The notes under the pieces are model-generated. The model was not told where the DNA came from. It did no database searches and saw nothing but the letters and a program-made list of their open reading frames with translations. This document shows positions 30,379-42,342 of a stretch of DNA of 64,000 nucleotides, piece after piece (positions within the stretch are counted from its first letter, which is position 1; every line of letters begins with the position of its first letter). The stretch is taken from positions 186,001-250,000 of the IMG/VR virus record IMGVR_UViG_3300030041_000009; one strand, written 5' to 3'. The position numbers were made by a program, and so were the translations under genes.

Positions 30379-31317
30379 TTAGAAGAAATTAGCAGCATCA
30401 ATATATTTGAATCCACATCTTTTAGCAAATGTTTTATCACTTGTTAAATCTCCAACCATTATGCATTGAGATGGATCAAGTTTATATTTTTCAATAAATT
30501 CTATTCCTAGTCCAACTCCTGGTTTTCTACAATAGCAAGTTATTGGAGGAACTGAATGCCCACAATATTTATAATCAATATTAACTCCTAGCATTTCATT
30601 TGTTTTTTCAAAACAAGCTATTGCTGTATCATTAGATAATAATCCTTTTGCTATTCCACTTTGATTTGAAACTCCAAGTAATATATAACCTTGACTTTGT
30701 AATTCTAAAAGTTTTTCTGTTCTACCTGGAATTATTTCAATATCACTAATATCAGTTGGATAATGTTCACCACTTTTAGTTAATCTCAATGTACCATCAT
30801 AATCAAATAAAATTGCTTTATTTTTATATTCTGATGAATAACGTTTAAAATCTATTTTTTCTATATCATCAATACCTTCTGATAATTCAGGTGCTTCAAA
30901 ATTTTTATTAATTTTATAAAGTGCAGCAACAGGAAACATATGTGGATCATTAGAGTTAGAATATTCACTTAATTCTGTGAATAATTTACCATATTTTCTT
31001 ATCATTCTTGTTACCTGATTGAACATACAATCTTCAATTTTTGTAGTAAAATGAATACATAATATATAATAATTATATTTTTTTGCTAATTCAATAACAT
31101 CAGCCCTAGATAATTTAGTTGAATATGTTCCATCTAATACAATATCCACGCCATCTAACATTAATTGTTCAAGTTTTTTATTAAGAGAACTTAATGTATC
31201 TCCTTCAATATCTCTTGATAGTAATGTACATTTATAATCAACATATTTTTCAATGATGCTTGATTTACCTGCTGCTGGTAATCCACAAGATATGACTAAT
31301 TTTTTATCTTTTTTCAT
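30379..31317 (-). CDS. polynucleotide kinase / HAD phosphatase (PNKP-like)
   Basis: GLPAAGKS P-loop, VLDGT; HAD FDYDGTL, SNQSG, CRKP, MVGD. Confidence 0.85.
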   Translation of the reverse strand: MKKDKKLVISCGLPAAGKSSIIEKYVDYKCTLLSRDIEGDTLSSLNKKLEQLMLDGVDIVLDGTYSTKLSRADVIELAKKYNYYILCIHFTTKIEDCMFNQVTRMIRKYGKLFTELSEYSNSNDPHMFPVAALYKINKNFEAPELSEGIDDIEKIDFKRYSSEYKNKAILFDYDGTLRLTKSGEHYPTDISDIEIIPGRTEKLLELQSQGYILLGVSNQSGIAKGLLSNDTAIACFEKTNEMLGVNIDYKYCGHSVPPITCYCRKPGVGLGIEFIEKYKLDPSQCIMVGDLTSDKTFAKRCGFKYIDAANFF

Positions 31318-31345
31318 TTTTTAATATCTATAACTATTCCATTTA

Positions 31346-32005
31346 TCATTTTATAAATCCTAATTTATCAATTAAAATATCTTCATTACCTTTAATTAAA
31401 TCCATTATAATTTTGTTAACACTATAATATTCATTTTCAATATGTTCTTTTTCAAGCAATAAAGGTAAAATTTCTAATTTAGTACCAGACCAGAAATTTC
31501 TTGTTTCTATAACATAATAAGGTTCTTTTTTATCTGGAAATTGAATAAAATTAGATATAGATAATCTTAAGAATCTAATTTTTTGATCCCATGAAGTTTC
31601 ACCGTAATTATTATAAGTAACTTTTTTCCATTCATTACCACAATCATTACATTTATTAATTTCATACGTATCCATGCTTCCATGAATTGATCCTGAAGAA
31701 TATCCTGATCCAAATGACATTGATCCAAATGATGTTCCATTTATCTCTCCTTTCAATTGACTTATTTTATCAACAACTTTATTAGAAGAACATTTTGGAC
31801 AAATTTCATTCAATTTTTTTATTCTGTCTTTTTCTTTTTTTCTAAATTTGATACATGCATTAGATATCTTATCATTTAGTCGTTTGCTTTCTATATTATA
31901 TAGCGCATCCAATCTTTCAGCTTCAAGCTTAATTTTTTCAGATTCAAATTTAATTTTTTCAGCGTCAAGTTTTTTACGAGCATTACTTTTTAAAATATTC
32001 CACAT
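31346..32005 (-). CDS. coiled-coil / Zn-ribbon protein
   Basis: CPKC...CNDC. Confidence 0.65.
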   Translation of the reverse strand: MWNILKSNARKKLDAEKIKFESEKIKLEAERLDALYNIESKRLNDKISNACIKFRKKEKDRIKKLNEICPKCSSNKVVDKISQLKGEINGTSFGSMSFGSGYSSGSIHGSMDTYEINKCNDCGNEWKKVTYNNYGETSWDQKIRFLRLSISNFIQFPDKKEPYYVIETRNFWSGTKLEILPLLLEKEHIENEYYSVNKIIMDLIKGNEDILIDKLGFIK

Positions 32006-32024
32006 ATTTATTTATTTATTTTAT

Positions 32025-32654
32025 TTAATCATAAAAACTATTTATATGAGTATTATTGATTAAAAAATTATCAATTTTTTTCATATTTTCAATTGGATAA
32101 ATTATTACATTATATTCAACATTAATAATATTATTAGTTTTACCTATTTTATTTCTTTTATATGAAATTTCAAGTTCTGTCATTTCTTTTTCTAAATCTT
32201 CTAATGAATATTCAGAAAATATAAAATGTATAATATATAATTTAGAATGATGAAAAGTATCAAACAATTTCTCAAACTTAAATAGTACAATCATAACTAG
32301 CATAACTACTAATAAAACAAAGAAAGATAGTGCGTAATTTTGAAACCCAATACACATACCTATTGCTGATGCCATCCAAATGATAGCTGCAGAAGTTATA
32401 CCACGAACATTTCCACCTTCTTTAAATACAACTCCAGCACCAATAAATCCTATTCCTGTAACTATATTTGATGCTATACGATCACCACTAACTAAATTAA
32501 CTGATAGTATAGTGAATAAACATGAACTAACGCAAATCAATATCATAGTTTTAAAACCTGCAGGCTTACCATGAAATCCACGTTCTAATCCCAATATAGA
32601 GCCAGCGGCTAATGATGCTAAGATTTGAATAATGTGCTCGTATTCTGGTTGCAT
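32025..32654 (-). CDS. mgtC: MgtC/SapB family membrane protein
   Basis: GLER...KPAGFKT, RIASNIVTGIGFIGAG, GITSAA.IW. Confidence 0.9.
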   Translation of the reverse strand: MQPEYEHIIQILASLAAGSILGLERGFHGKPAGFKTMILICVSSCLFTILSVNLVSGDRIASNIVTGIGFIGAGVVFKEGGNVRGITSAAIIWMASAIGMCIGFQNYALSFFVLLVVMLVMIVLFKFEKLFDTFHHSKLYIIHFIFSEYSLEDLEKEMTELEISYKRNKIGKTNNIINVEYNVIIYPIENMKKIDNFLINNTHINSFYD

Positions 32655-32740
32655 ATTTTAATTTTTAATTACATTACAAAATTATCACATTTTTTATTAT
32701 ATACCAAAAAATTAAATAATTTTTATATTTTTTTAACAAT

Positions 32741-33265
32741 TCAATTATATTTATTGATAGTAGTTTCAGAAATATAATCATAAATATGCCCAATATTCTT
32801 TAATTTATATTGCCATTGATATCCATCAAAGTATATTTTTTCAATTGTAACATTTTTTTTATCATAATTAAATTTAATTTCATTATTATATTTAGGATAT
32901 GTAGTTGGTTTATTTGGTTTAACTACTTCAAATTTAGATTTAATAATTTCATCGGTCAAATTATCACCATATTCTCTAAATTCAATATTTACTATATTAT
33001 AGTAAGGTTCTTTACATTTATCATAAAAATCTTTATTTATATCAAATTTATCACCAACAAATACAGTTTTTAATAAATAATGATTCTCACTAAATGAACC
33101 TATTTCATCAGAATATCCAGAATATTTTTTTTCAATCATTCCTTCAAAATCGTTAGCCCAATTTTTATTTTTTAATGCATAATCATATTTGATAGCATTC
33201 TCACGATATTGTTCACGTGTGGTATGAATTTTATATATCTTATAATCTACTACTTTTAGTTCCAT
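32741..33265 (-). CDS. hypothetical protein
   Basis: 174-aa ORF; TATTTTTG box at 33289-33296. Confidence 0.65.
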   Translation of the reverse strand: MELKVVDYKIYKIHTTREQYRENAIKYDYALKNKNWANDFEGMIEKKYSGYSDEIGSFSENHYLLKTVFVGDKFDINKDFYDKCKEPYYNIVNIEFREYGDNLTDEIIKSKFEVVKPNKPTTYPKYNNEIKFNYDKKNVTIEKIYFDGYQWQYKLKNIGHIYDYISETTINKYN

Positions 33266-33349
33266 ATATTTATATTTAATATTATGTACAAAAATACTAT
33301 AATTATTTCAATTGAGGAATTTAATTATATTTTTTTAATATATAATAAT

Positions 33350-33673
33350 ATGAAATACTTAAAATTATTTGAAAATACTACTAATAAGCCTGAAGTAGGA
33401 GATTATGTTTCAATAAATAGTAGATATGAAGATTATAAAGATTTTTTTCTTAATTATCCAGGTAAAATAATTAAATTTTATAGTATTGGAAATAATATAC
33501 ATAGCGTTGAGGTATCATATGGTAAAAATATACCTGATAATATGAAAGAATTATTAGGATATATTGAAAAATATGGATATTTTAAAAATTTTCAATATAA
33601 CGAAATATATGCATTTTCTAAAACCAAAGAGGATTTGAAACTTAAAATTGCAGCAAATAAATTTAATTTATGA
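33350..33673 (+). CDS. MKYLK/KFNL tagged protein, VGDYV subfamily
   Basis: Family start at 33350; TAATATATA at 33336. Confidence 0.85.
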   Translation: MKYLKLFENTTNKPEVGDYVSINSRYEDYKDFFLNYPGKIIKFYSIGNNIHSVEVSYGKNIPDNMKELLGYIEKYGYFKNFQYNEIYAFSKTKEDLKLKIAANKFNL

Positions 33674-34020
33674 AATACATAAAAACATTTGAAGAAATAA
33701 ATAATACTGATAAACTTGAAGTAGGAAATTACGTCATATGTGAATGGTATGAAGGTCATAATAATGAAAAATATAAAATATTTAATGATTTTATTAATAA
33801 TAATATAGGTAAACTTGTTGAAATTACTGGTAAATTATTTCCTGGAACTACACATTATATTATACAATATGATAATATTCCATTTGAATTAAATAATTTT
33901 AAAATATTTCTATCAAATAATGAATATGGATTTTCTATGAAAGCAATAGATATTATAAAATATTCTAAAAATAAAGAAGAATTAAAAGCTATATTACAAG
34001 CAAATAAATTTAACATATGA
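33670..34020 (+). CDS. MKYIK/KFNI tagged protein, VGxYV subfamily
   Basis: Terminal motifs. Confidence 0.85.
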   Translation: MKYIKTFEEINNTDKLEVGNYVICEWYEGHNNEKYKIFNDFINNNIGKLVEITGKLFPGTTHYIIQYDNIPFELNNFKIFLSNNEYGFSMKAIDIIKYSKNKEELKAILQANKFNI

Positions 34021-34385
34021 AATATATAAAAACATTTGAAAATACTACTAATAAGCCTGAAGTAGGAGATTATGTTTCAATAATAAGTAAAAAATATATT
34101 AATCATTTAAAAAGATACTATGATGAAAAAGAACTTGATAATTTAAAAGATTATCTTCTTAATCATCCTGGACAAATATATACATTTTTTAATGATGATA
34201 GAATAATTGTAACATATGGATTTAAAATTCCAGAAAATGTATTAAAGTTTTTTCCATATGATAAACCTTATGGAGGTTATAATAAAATATTTAATTTAGA
34301 GGATATAAATGCAATTGGAAAAACAAAAGAAGAATTAAAACAACGAATAGAAATTAAAAAAAATGCAAATAAATTTAACATATGA
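34017..34385 (+). CDS. MKYIK/KFNI tagged protein, VGDYV subfamily
   Basis: Terminal motifs. Confidence 0.85.
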   Translation: MKYIKTFENTTNKPEVGDYVSIISKKYINHLKRYYDEKELDNLKDYLLNHPGQIYTFFNDDRIIVTYGFKIPENVLKFFPYDKPYGGYNKIFNLEDINAIGKTKEELKQRIEIKKNANKFNI

Positions 34386-34693
34386 AATACTTAAAAAGAT
34401 TTGAAGAAATAAATAATACTGATAAACCTGAAGTAGGAGATTATGTTATTCTTGATGTGAATAATATAAGTTTTTCAAATTCAGAATTAAAAAAATATTA
34501 TTTGAAAAAATTAACAAATAAAATTTTTAAAATAATTGATTATGAAACTGGAACTATGGCATCATATACAATTAATTTTTATGATTTTAGTCATACTAAA
34601 GGATGGATCATTTATCCAGATGCTATATTAATATTTGATAAAGATAAAGAAATAATTAAACTAAAAAATGCTGCAACTAATTTTAACTTATAG
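34382..34693 (+). CDS. MKYLK/NFNL tagged protein, VGDYV subfamily
   Basis: Terminal motifs; ends with TAG. Confidence 0.85.
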   Translation: MKYLKRFEEINNTDKPEVGDYVILDVNNISFSNSELKKYYLKKLTNKIFKIIDYETGTMASYTINFYDFSHTKGWIIYPDAILIFDKDKEIIKLKNAATNFNL

Positions 34694-34708
34694 TTCTTTC
34701 AGAATTTT

Positions 34709-35434
34709 TTAATTCCAATAATTATTATCTTTTCTGAAATAATCTATATTATTTTGATATAATAATCCATTTGATAATAATTTTATCATTTTGAAATATC
34801 CAAATCTTTTAAATCTTCTATTATCTTGTCCTACTTTATATTTACCTATTTTAAATTTATTTCTATTATATTTTTTAGATAATAGATAATCTTCTGAATG
34901 TATAACAGATTCATCAAAGCCACCTAATTTTTTAATAATATCAGTTTTTGTCATAAAAAACAATCCAATTGCAAACGGTTGAATATTAGATAATATTTTA
35001 TTTAAAGCGTTAAAAGATTTGAACATTATTTTTGCATATTTATCATTTACAATACAATATAATGGAGAAGTCATTAAATATAAATCATTATTTATCATAC
35101 AATTTAAATATTCATTTATTTGATTATCATTTTCTAATGTTGTATCAGCGTCCATAAATAAAACATAAGGAGTATCAACTAATTTCAATCCATTATTTCT
35201 ACCTACAGATACTCTACCACCTTCAATTATTTTAATTTTTAAATTATTTTTTAAATTATTTTCAAAACTACTAATTATATCTAATGTGTTATCTGTTGAT
35301 CCTGCATCAGAAATATAAACAATTATTCCTTTAACATTATTTTGATTATTAATATTAGTTAAAGTGCTTTCTATATATTTTTCTTCATTTTTACAAGGAA
35401 TAATAATTGTCAATAAATCTTTTATATTAATCAT
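34709..35434 (-). CDS. glycosyltransferase family 2
   Basis: IIIPCKNEE, DAGSTDNT, GRNNG, FMDAD, GGFDE, SED. Confidence 0.9.
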   Translation of the reverse strand: MINIKDLLTIIIPCKNEEKYIESTLTNINNQNNVKGIIVYISDAGSTDNTLDIISSFENNLKNNLKIKIIEGGRVSVGRNNGLKLVDTPYVLFMDADTTLENDNQINEYLNCMINNDLYLMTSPLYCIVNDKYAKIMFKSFNALNKILSNIQPFAIGLFFMTKTDIIKKLGGFDESVIHSEDYLLSKKYNRNKFKIGKYKVGQDNRRFKRFGYFKMIKLLSNGLLYQNNIDYFRKDNNYWN

Positions 35435-36131
35435 AATATTTTAAAGTGAATTTATTTTTATCATATATAATATATGAACAATTTTCAATCCAATCACCAG
35501 TATTTAAATATCTTACATTATTTATAATTTTATCATCAGGAGTGTGAACATGACCGCAAATTACAGTATCACAACCTTTTTTTATTGTATCTGTTATTAA
35601 AATTTCTTCAAATTTGTATATAAAATTGATAGCTTCTTTTACATTATTTTTTAACCATTTACTGAAAGATTTTTTATCTAAACCAAATAATTTTCTAATA
35701 TTACTAATATATTTATTTAAATAAAGAGCGATATCATAACCAATACTACCCAAATGAGCAATCCATTTATTATTCATAACTACAGTATCATATTTATCTC
35801 CATGAGTAATTAAACAATTATTCCATATCATTTCAGATATTATATGAATATTACCAAAATCAAATATATAATGTTTTAAAAAATCATCATGATTTCCTGA
35901 TATGTAATATATTTCTGTTCCATTTTTTGAATATGATAAAATTTTTCTAATTACATTTGTTTGTTCTTGATTCCAGTAATGCTTCTTTTTTAACGCCCAT
36001 CCATCAATGATATCTCCTATTAAAAATAATTTTTTTGGCTTATAATATTTTAATATTTCTAATAATTCAGTAGCTTTTGTATATTTTGTACCAAGATGCA
36101 CATCTGATATAAAAAGTGCTTCTATTTCCAT
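35427..36131 (-). CDS. UDP-2,3-diacylglucosamine diphosphatase-like metallophosphoesterase
   Basis: ISDVHLG, GDIIDGW, GNHD, HGD, CGHVH, NTGDW; probable start MEIEA. Confidence 0.85.
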   Translation of the reverse strand: MEIEALFISDVHLGTKYTKATELLEILKYYKPKKLFLIGDIIDGWALKKKHYWNQEQTNVIRKILSYSKNGTEIYYISGNHDDFLKHYIFDFGNIHIISEMIWNNCLITHGDKYDTVVMNNKWIAHLGSIGYDIALYLNKYISNIRKLFGLDKKSFSKWLKNNVKEAINFIYKFEEILITDTIKKGCDTVICGHVHTPDDKIINNVRYLNTGDWIENCSYIIYDKNKFTLKYYD

Positions 36132-36226
36132 ATTTTTTATTATTATATATTTAATATTCACTATATTATTAGATGATTTACTATTAAAATTATATTAAAT
36201 TTATGTTATATAACTATTATATACGC

Positions 36227-36258
36227 AAAAAAAGTGAATGATTAATCATTCACTTTTT
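36227..36258. terminator. intrinsic terminator
   Basis: AAAAAAGTGAATGATT/AATCATTCACTTTTT. Confidence 0.75.
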
Positions 36259-36267
36259 ATAAATTAT

Positions 36268-36436
36268 TACAGGTATTTATTTCTACTATGGCATAGTTCA
36301 GTTCTTTCTTGGATCCCTCTCTAACTTAGACCTTGTAATCTTTTTAGTCCTGCGCCGAACTTACTAACTTTTTTCAATGGCATCTTAGTTCCACTTCGGT
36401 TTACAAATATTATTTCATAACCTCACCAAACCTGTT
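36268..36436 (-). ncRNA. candidate ~170-nt structured RNA
   Basis: GC-rich, ORF-free, ends pair (ACAGGT/ACCTGT), followed by terminator. Confidence 0.45.
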
Positions 36437-36499
36437 TATCTCTTGTTGTTATTTCACTAAATGAATAACATGAAGTTATAATAAAAATACTCTAATAAT

Positions 36500-36703
36500 T
36501 TATTTTTTAATATAATACTCTAATTTAGAATTATTACATTTTACATGATCAGAATATTCATGCATAAAAATCATGCTAGCACAAAAGAATAAGCATCCAA
36601 TAATATACATCATTAATCTATTTGATTTACCAAGAAATGCAAATCCAAAAAAAATAACAGAAATAATTCCTAAAAATACTGATAATATTAACATTGTACT
36701 CAT
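36500..36703 (-). CDS. small two-TM membrane protein
   Basis: Two hydrophobic helices; promoter box at 36739-36746. Confidence 0.7.
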   Translation of the reverse strand: MSTMLILSVFLGIISVIFFGFAFLGKSNRLMMYIIGCLFFCASMIFMHEYSDHVKCNNSKLEYYIKK

Positions 36704-36793
36704 AATAATATGATTTAATTGTTTAAAAATTTCAAATACAAAGATACCACATATATTTGGTATATGTAGTATCTTAAAAGTTAAATAATAATA

Positions 36794-37192
36794 TTAATAA
36801 CTAATATGTATTAAAATGCTATTGTGCACAATTGATTTTTTAAGAATATCAATGAAATGAGTTTCATCTTTATCTGTCCAGTGCTTATTTTTTATAACTT
36901 CTTTAATATTTAATATATCACTTTCTTTAATTTTAACAATGCAATCATTAAGCTCATTATTTTTAAAATATGATTTTTTATCATTTTTTATTTGACCATA
37001 TTCACTAATTAAATAAGTTAGTAATTGGTAATTATTTCTAAGATAATAAATTTCTATTACCTTTTTTTCAAAATCTTCAAATATTATTGAATTTTTTGCT
37101 TCATCTTCTGTATAATCATTATCTTTATATATAACTGGAGTTATCTCATTATATATATCTTTTGTTTTATAAAATGTTAAATCAAGGCCCAT
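36794..37192 (-). CDS. MGLD-start phage hypothetical protein
   Basis: MGLD...YYLRNNY. Confidence 0.65.
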   Translation of the reverse strand: MGLDLTFYKTKDIYNEITPVIYKDNDYTEDEAKNSIIFEDFEKKVIEIYYLRNNYQLLTYLISEYGQIKNDKKSYFKNNELNDCIVKIKESDILNIKEVIKNKHWTDKDETHFIDILKKSIVHNSILIHISY

Positions 37193-37468
37193 AATTATTA
37201 TTTTTATATTTTTCTAACCATTAATCCAGTTCCATCTGGTGAATCTACGTTATATATAAGTACAAGATTATGAGATGCTAAATATATAATTAAGTCATCA
37301 TAATCTTTTTTTGGTACAGAGTAATGTTTTTGTGGATTCGATTTTGTTCCGTCAATAAACCCTTTCTCATATCCAAATTGCCTACCTTTCTCATATGAAT
37401 CAGTATCAATTTTATATTTTTTAAGAATTAATTCTATTTTTTGCTTATGTATTTTTTCGAATATATAA

Positions 37469-37705
37469 TCAATAAATTTCTTTATTTGAGATTTCATTTA
37501 ATTCATTTAATTTAAGTTTTCTATATTCAGATAATTTTATAAAAATATGATAATTACTGGTGTATGCAACATTTTCAAATTCTTCAAATTCAAAAAAATG
37601 ATCATCATTTGTTGTTAGTTTAACATGTAAAGGTTTGAAAAGTTCAATTTTACTTGAACCTTCTTTATTATGAGTACAAATTAATATATCACCAGGTTTT
37701 ATCAT
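37469..37705 (-). CDS. KPGD family protein with RKxKL tail
   Basis: MIKPGDILIC...YRKLKLNEL. Confidence 0.8.
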   Translation of the reverse strand: MIKPGDILICTHNKEGSSKIELFKPLHVKLTTNDDHFFEFEEFENVAYTSNYHIFIKLSEYRKLKLNELNEISNKEIY

Positions 37706-37922
37706 TTAATTTATTTAATTTAAGTTTTCTATAATCAGATAATTTTATGAAAGTGTGATATTCAGATATATAAGTTTTACCTGGATATTCATAAAATTCA
37801 AATGTATCTCCATATTTTAAATGTTTAACATGCAATGGAGTAAAAAGTTTTAAGTTAGTGTTAGTGAACCCAAAACTTGAATTATGCTGAGTACAAATTA
37901 ATATATCGCCAGATTTAATTAT
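37689..37922 (-). pseudogene. KPGD/RKxKL paralog with ATA in place of ATG
   Basis: IIKSGDILICTQH...DYRKLKLNKL, paralogous to 37469-37705. Confidence 0.65.
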
Positions 37923-38118
37923 TTAATTTATTTAATTTAAGTTTTCTATATTCAGATGGTGTAATAAATATATGACGGTTTTTATAATATAACCTATTTT
38001 TATATTCTTTAAATTCAATTCTAAATTGATCATTAGATACTACATGCAAAGGCTTAAATAATGGCAAATTACGAGTGAACGCATCAATTGAATTAATATT
38101 TTCAATGCAAATTATTAT
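37915..38118 (-). pseudogene. 5'-truncated KPGD/RKxKL paralog
   Basis: IICIEN...LFKPLHV...EYRKLKLNKL with no start codon. Confidence 0.6.
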
Positions 38119-38522
38119 TCAAATGGTTCTATAATTTTTTTAATATATTTAACTGGTATATCTACTTCACAGCATAAATGATTTCTATTTGATGATTGAT
38201 CTTGATTTGAGAAATTATCATCATAAAAAATAATACCATCTTTAATCAATTTTTGTACATCAAGTGCTACAATATACGATTTATCATAATATCTAAATAA
38301 ATCTTGAGTATTATGTAGTATAGGATAAGAAAAGAACAACATCCCTGTCTCAACAAGTGATTTATACTGAGGCTGGTTAATTTTCAGTCCATCATTTTTA
38401 ATATTTTCTATTCTATCTTCAGTTGTTACATGATACAAAACATCATATTTACTAATATCATGTTGAATAAATTCTTTTTCAAAAGACTCCTCATTAAAAG
38501 GTGATATAAATTGTTTTTTCAT
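38115..38522 (-). CDS. ADP-ribosyltransferase-fold (Tpt1/KptA-like) protein
   Basis: LYHVT...I...GLK, final IPVKYI motif. Confidence 0.5.
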   Translation of the reverse strand: MKKQFISPFNEESFEKEFIQHDISKYDVLYHVTTEDRIENIKNDGLKINQPQYKSLVETGMLFFSYPILHNTQDLFRYYDKSYIVALDVQKLIKDGIIFYDDNFSNQDQSSNRNHLCCEVDIPVKYIKKIIEPFE

Positions 38523-40459
38523 ATTATTTATTTTCAATTAATTCTACTGTATGTATTCCAATATTTTCAACAGAATAATAAAAAAATGTCCAGTTTTTCA
38601 TTGCGTATCCTATGTTAAATGGTTCTATATCACCAAAATCCTTTATACATGATGGAATGAAAAGTTTTTTTAATTTATCTTTAAAATCTTCTCTATTTGT
38701 AACAATTTCAGTAGCATTCATATTATTTCATCATTGTTCTAGCATTGGTTAATTGTTTGATTATATTATCCATAAGATTTATATCGTTAATAGAAATTTT
38801 ATTAATTTTTTCACGTGCGTCAATCATTATATTATTAAAATTTTCAGATTGATCACTGAAAACATGAGTAGGTAACCATTTGCTTAGTATATCTTCTAAT
38901 ATATCAGAACTTTCATCATCTTCAAAAGGTTCTTCTAATCCTATTATAATATTACCTTCTTCATCAATAGCAATAATATTATCAGATATAGGTTGTAATG
39001 TACCGTTACTACCCCAATTATTATAACGGGACATAAATCTCAATTCATATCTGTCATTGAAAATTCTTTGACTTTCAAATGTAAGTGGAAATCCTAGTGA
39101 GCAATCATCAAGATCATCATTATCTTCATATGATTTGTTAATGAAATCTATAATTTCATTTCCGTTAATTTTTTTTAAATTAATCATTATCTTCGATATA
39201 ATAATCTAAATCTAATCCGATATTATCGCAATAGTCACTAAATTTTTCTAAATATTCATCTGATAATATATCACAGCATCCATAATATCCTACTACATCT
39301 CCTTTATATTCAAATGATACTACATACAAATTTTTACATTGTATATTATTTTCTTTTGAGAATTTATCAAAAAAATTAAGAACAATATTTACTGACTCTA
39401 TACTATTTTTGATATGCTTTTTATAAAATATATCAAGAACATCAATTATCATAAATAATTTTTTTGCTTCGAATTCTTCTGTCGTAATAACTGGGTATTC
39501 TTTAATTTTTTCTTTCATTTTAATTTTTATTTATTGTTTATTATAATTTTCTTTATTTATTTTTTAATGAATCCTTAGCAATTATATTTATTGCAACAGT
39601 TATTGATGTTGCTAGCCACTCTAATCCAAATTCAGTTTCATTTTTAATTTCATTAGCCAACTCTCGTCTGGAGTATACTTTCATTCCAACATGAAGATAT
39701 TCTACATCTAAATTTCTTGGAGATGTCATTAAATCATTAATCAATTCATTCTTTAATTTTAAAGATAATTCGTTTATATTTTCCATATATTTATATCAAT
39801 TTTATTGTAAAAATTTTCAATATATTTAAATTCTATAGTATCTAGAATATAATATCCAAAACATCTATTATCATTACTATTTAAAGATGAATCTAAATAT
39901 TCTATTTTTTTTATTCTTAAATAAAATTTAATAACTTTAATACTTATGCCGTTAAGTTTTTCTTTTATTTTGAACAATTTAACTTTAAGATCAACAAGCT
40001 TATTTGAAATTTCATCACAATCATCATTAGCTATGTTCCAATATAATTCTCCTCCCATCATATCTCGAATTTCAACCGCTTTATTCAAATTTTTTTGACC
40101 TTCTTCTAATGTATTAAAATTTAACAGTTCACTGAAATTATGCATATTTTATTAATTAGATAAACATTTAAATTCTAATTTTAATCCATTTAATTTTTCA
40201 AAAATGAATTTATCTTTATTCCATAAACGTAAAAACTTTTTCCATTTTTTAGATAAATTATTATATTGTGTTTTTGTTAAATGTTTATGAAAAAGTTCAA
40301 AATCCATTATATTTAACCAATATTTATTTATAATAATATTCATCTCTATTGATTTTTCAGTAATAAAAATTTTATAAAGTTCTTCAACATTATCTACATT
40401 TACATCCCATACATTTTCAATATGGGTATAATCATCGGAATAAGTAGTTGTTACATAAA

Positions 40460-41080
40460 TCATATTTTGTATAGATTATGTTGATGAATATATTTATTTA
40501 CTGTTTCTGGTACAAAGATACTAATATCTTCTGAATTTGCAACACTATTTCTTATTTTTGTTGAAGATAATGATGATATTTTAAAATCTTTCAAAAAAAC
40601 AGTATCTTTATTTATAATTACATTACTATTGAGTAATTCAGTTTTCTTATAAATAAAACATTTTTCATTTGTTTCTATATCAAAATCTCTTGGTAAAACT
40701 AAAAAAGGGTATTTTTCACATATAACCTTATAACTTTTCCATTTATCTATATCTAAAAAAATATCTAACCCCATTATCATATAATATTTAGTATCAGGAT
40801 TTAATTTACTTAACTCATTTAATGCATTAATGGTAAATGATGGTAAAGGTAAATAACGTTCGATATGATTTACTGTGATATTAGCATAATTTTCTACAGA
40901 TAACTCACACATATTAAATCTATCATTATAATCAGCTAAATCATGCTTAAATGGATTTTGTGGCGAAACTACTAATTGCACTTCATCAATATAATCTAAC
41001 TTAGATACACATTCAGCTACCTTAATATGTGTATTATGACAAGGATTATAGCTACCAAAAAAAAGTGCGATATTTTTCAT
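40460..41080 (-). CDS. nadD: nicotinate-nucleotide adenylyltransferase
   Basis: FFGSYNPCHNTH, SPQNPFK, PSFT, MGLD..WK, SSTKIR. Confidence 0.88.
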   Translation of the reverse strand: MKNIALFFGSYNPCHNTHIKVAECVSKLDYIDEVQLVVSPQNPFKHDLADYNDRFNMCELSVENYANITVNHIERYLPLPSFTINALNELSKLNPDTKYYMIMGLDIFLDIDKWKSYKVICEKYPFLVLPRDFDIETNEKCFIYKKTELLNSNVIINKDTVFLKDFKISSLSSTKIRNSVANSEDISIFVPETVNKYIHQHNLYKI

Positions 41081-41928
41081 TTTAATATGTTATTATATTT
41101 TAAATATTCATCAAAGGCTCCAATCCAAGCTAGTACATCTTCTTCATATGATGTGTCTGGATCATAATAATCTAATTTAACTTTTGATGACATATCATCA
41201 GAAAAAATCAAATCATATTTAACATTCCAACTTAAATTGGAATTTATAATTTCATGAGCTTCTGAGTTTAAATCTATTAATTCTCCTATTTTCATATTAT
41301 TTATATCTATGATTTGATAATAAAGTTATAAATAAAATTATAAATGAAATAATTCCTAATACAAAACAAAATGATGAAATCGCTAAATGTAAAAAACTAA
41401 AAGGTGATTTACTGCACGTTGCTAATAAAAAGAAAAACAACCATGTAGTCAATATACTATATTTGACTTCCCAAATAATTGCAAAATATGACATTAAAAA
41501 TTTTTTCATAATTTAATTTATTTCTTCAATAGTTATTTTAACTTTTTTGCCTATAAATTGATCAAAATTTTTATGCTCTAAATTTTCATCCCAAGAACAA
41601 AGTTTGATATACATACCATTATCTTCACCTTCAGTTAAATCAATATGAAAGCATTTAAATTGGTTTCCATCTTCTATTTCAAGATCTTTAATGTTTAAGT
41701 TATCTTCAAATGATAAAAATGCTTTTTTTATTTTTATTTCATCTATAACTTCTAAATTACTTTCGAATACTGCGATATTTGAATAATGATAAATTTCACT
41801 AATTACTTTTTCATCTGGTTCAACTATATATAATCTACCAGTTAAAGGCATATCATTTGTTACCACTCCAACAATTTTACCTGTTCCAATAAGTAATTGC
41901 TCATGATATTTTACTCTTGTGCCTTGTT

Positions 41929-42342
41929 TTAATTCTTCCATTTTTTATTTAATTTATAAATTATTTCAATTTGATTAAAGTCATCTAAAATATAAAAATA
42001 TGTATCATTATTATACATATAAATAGATAGCGTATAAACATCATTCGTATAAAAACAATCAAAATTTATATTATTACTATATCTTTCAAGTTTTTCATTC
42101 ATATAAATGTATACTTTAGGCATATTTAATGCTAAAGTTATTCTTTTATTATCTTTATCTATATACAATTGACCATTGACTTTTTGCCAAGATTGCCATT
42201 CATATAGAGTATAACAATTTTCATATTTTACATTATTTACTCTTATTTTTACGCTATCAATAGAATATTTATCAATAGAATATGAATTTGAAAATATTCC
42301 AAATCCAAGTATAAGAAGAATTATAATTTTTTTCATATTCAT
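41929..42342 (-). CDS. secreted hypothetical protein
   Basis: MKKIIILLILGFGIFSNSYS signal peptide. Confidence 0.65.
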   Translation of the reverse strand: MNMKKIIILLILGFGIFSNSYSIDKYSIDSVKIRVNNVKYENCYTLYEWQSWQKVNGQLYIDKDNKRITLALNMPKVYIYMNEKLERYSNNINFDCFYTNDVYTLSIYMYNNDTYFYILDDFNQIEIIYKLNKKWKN

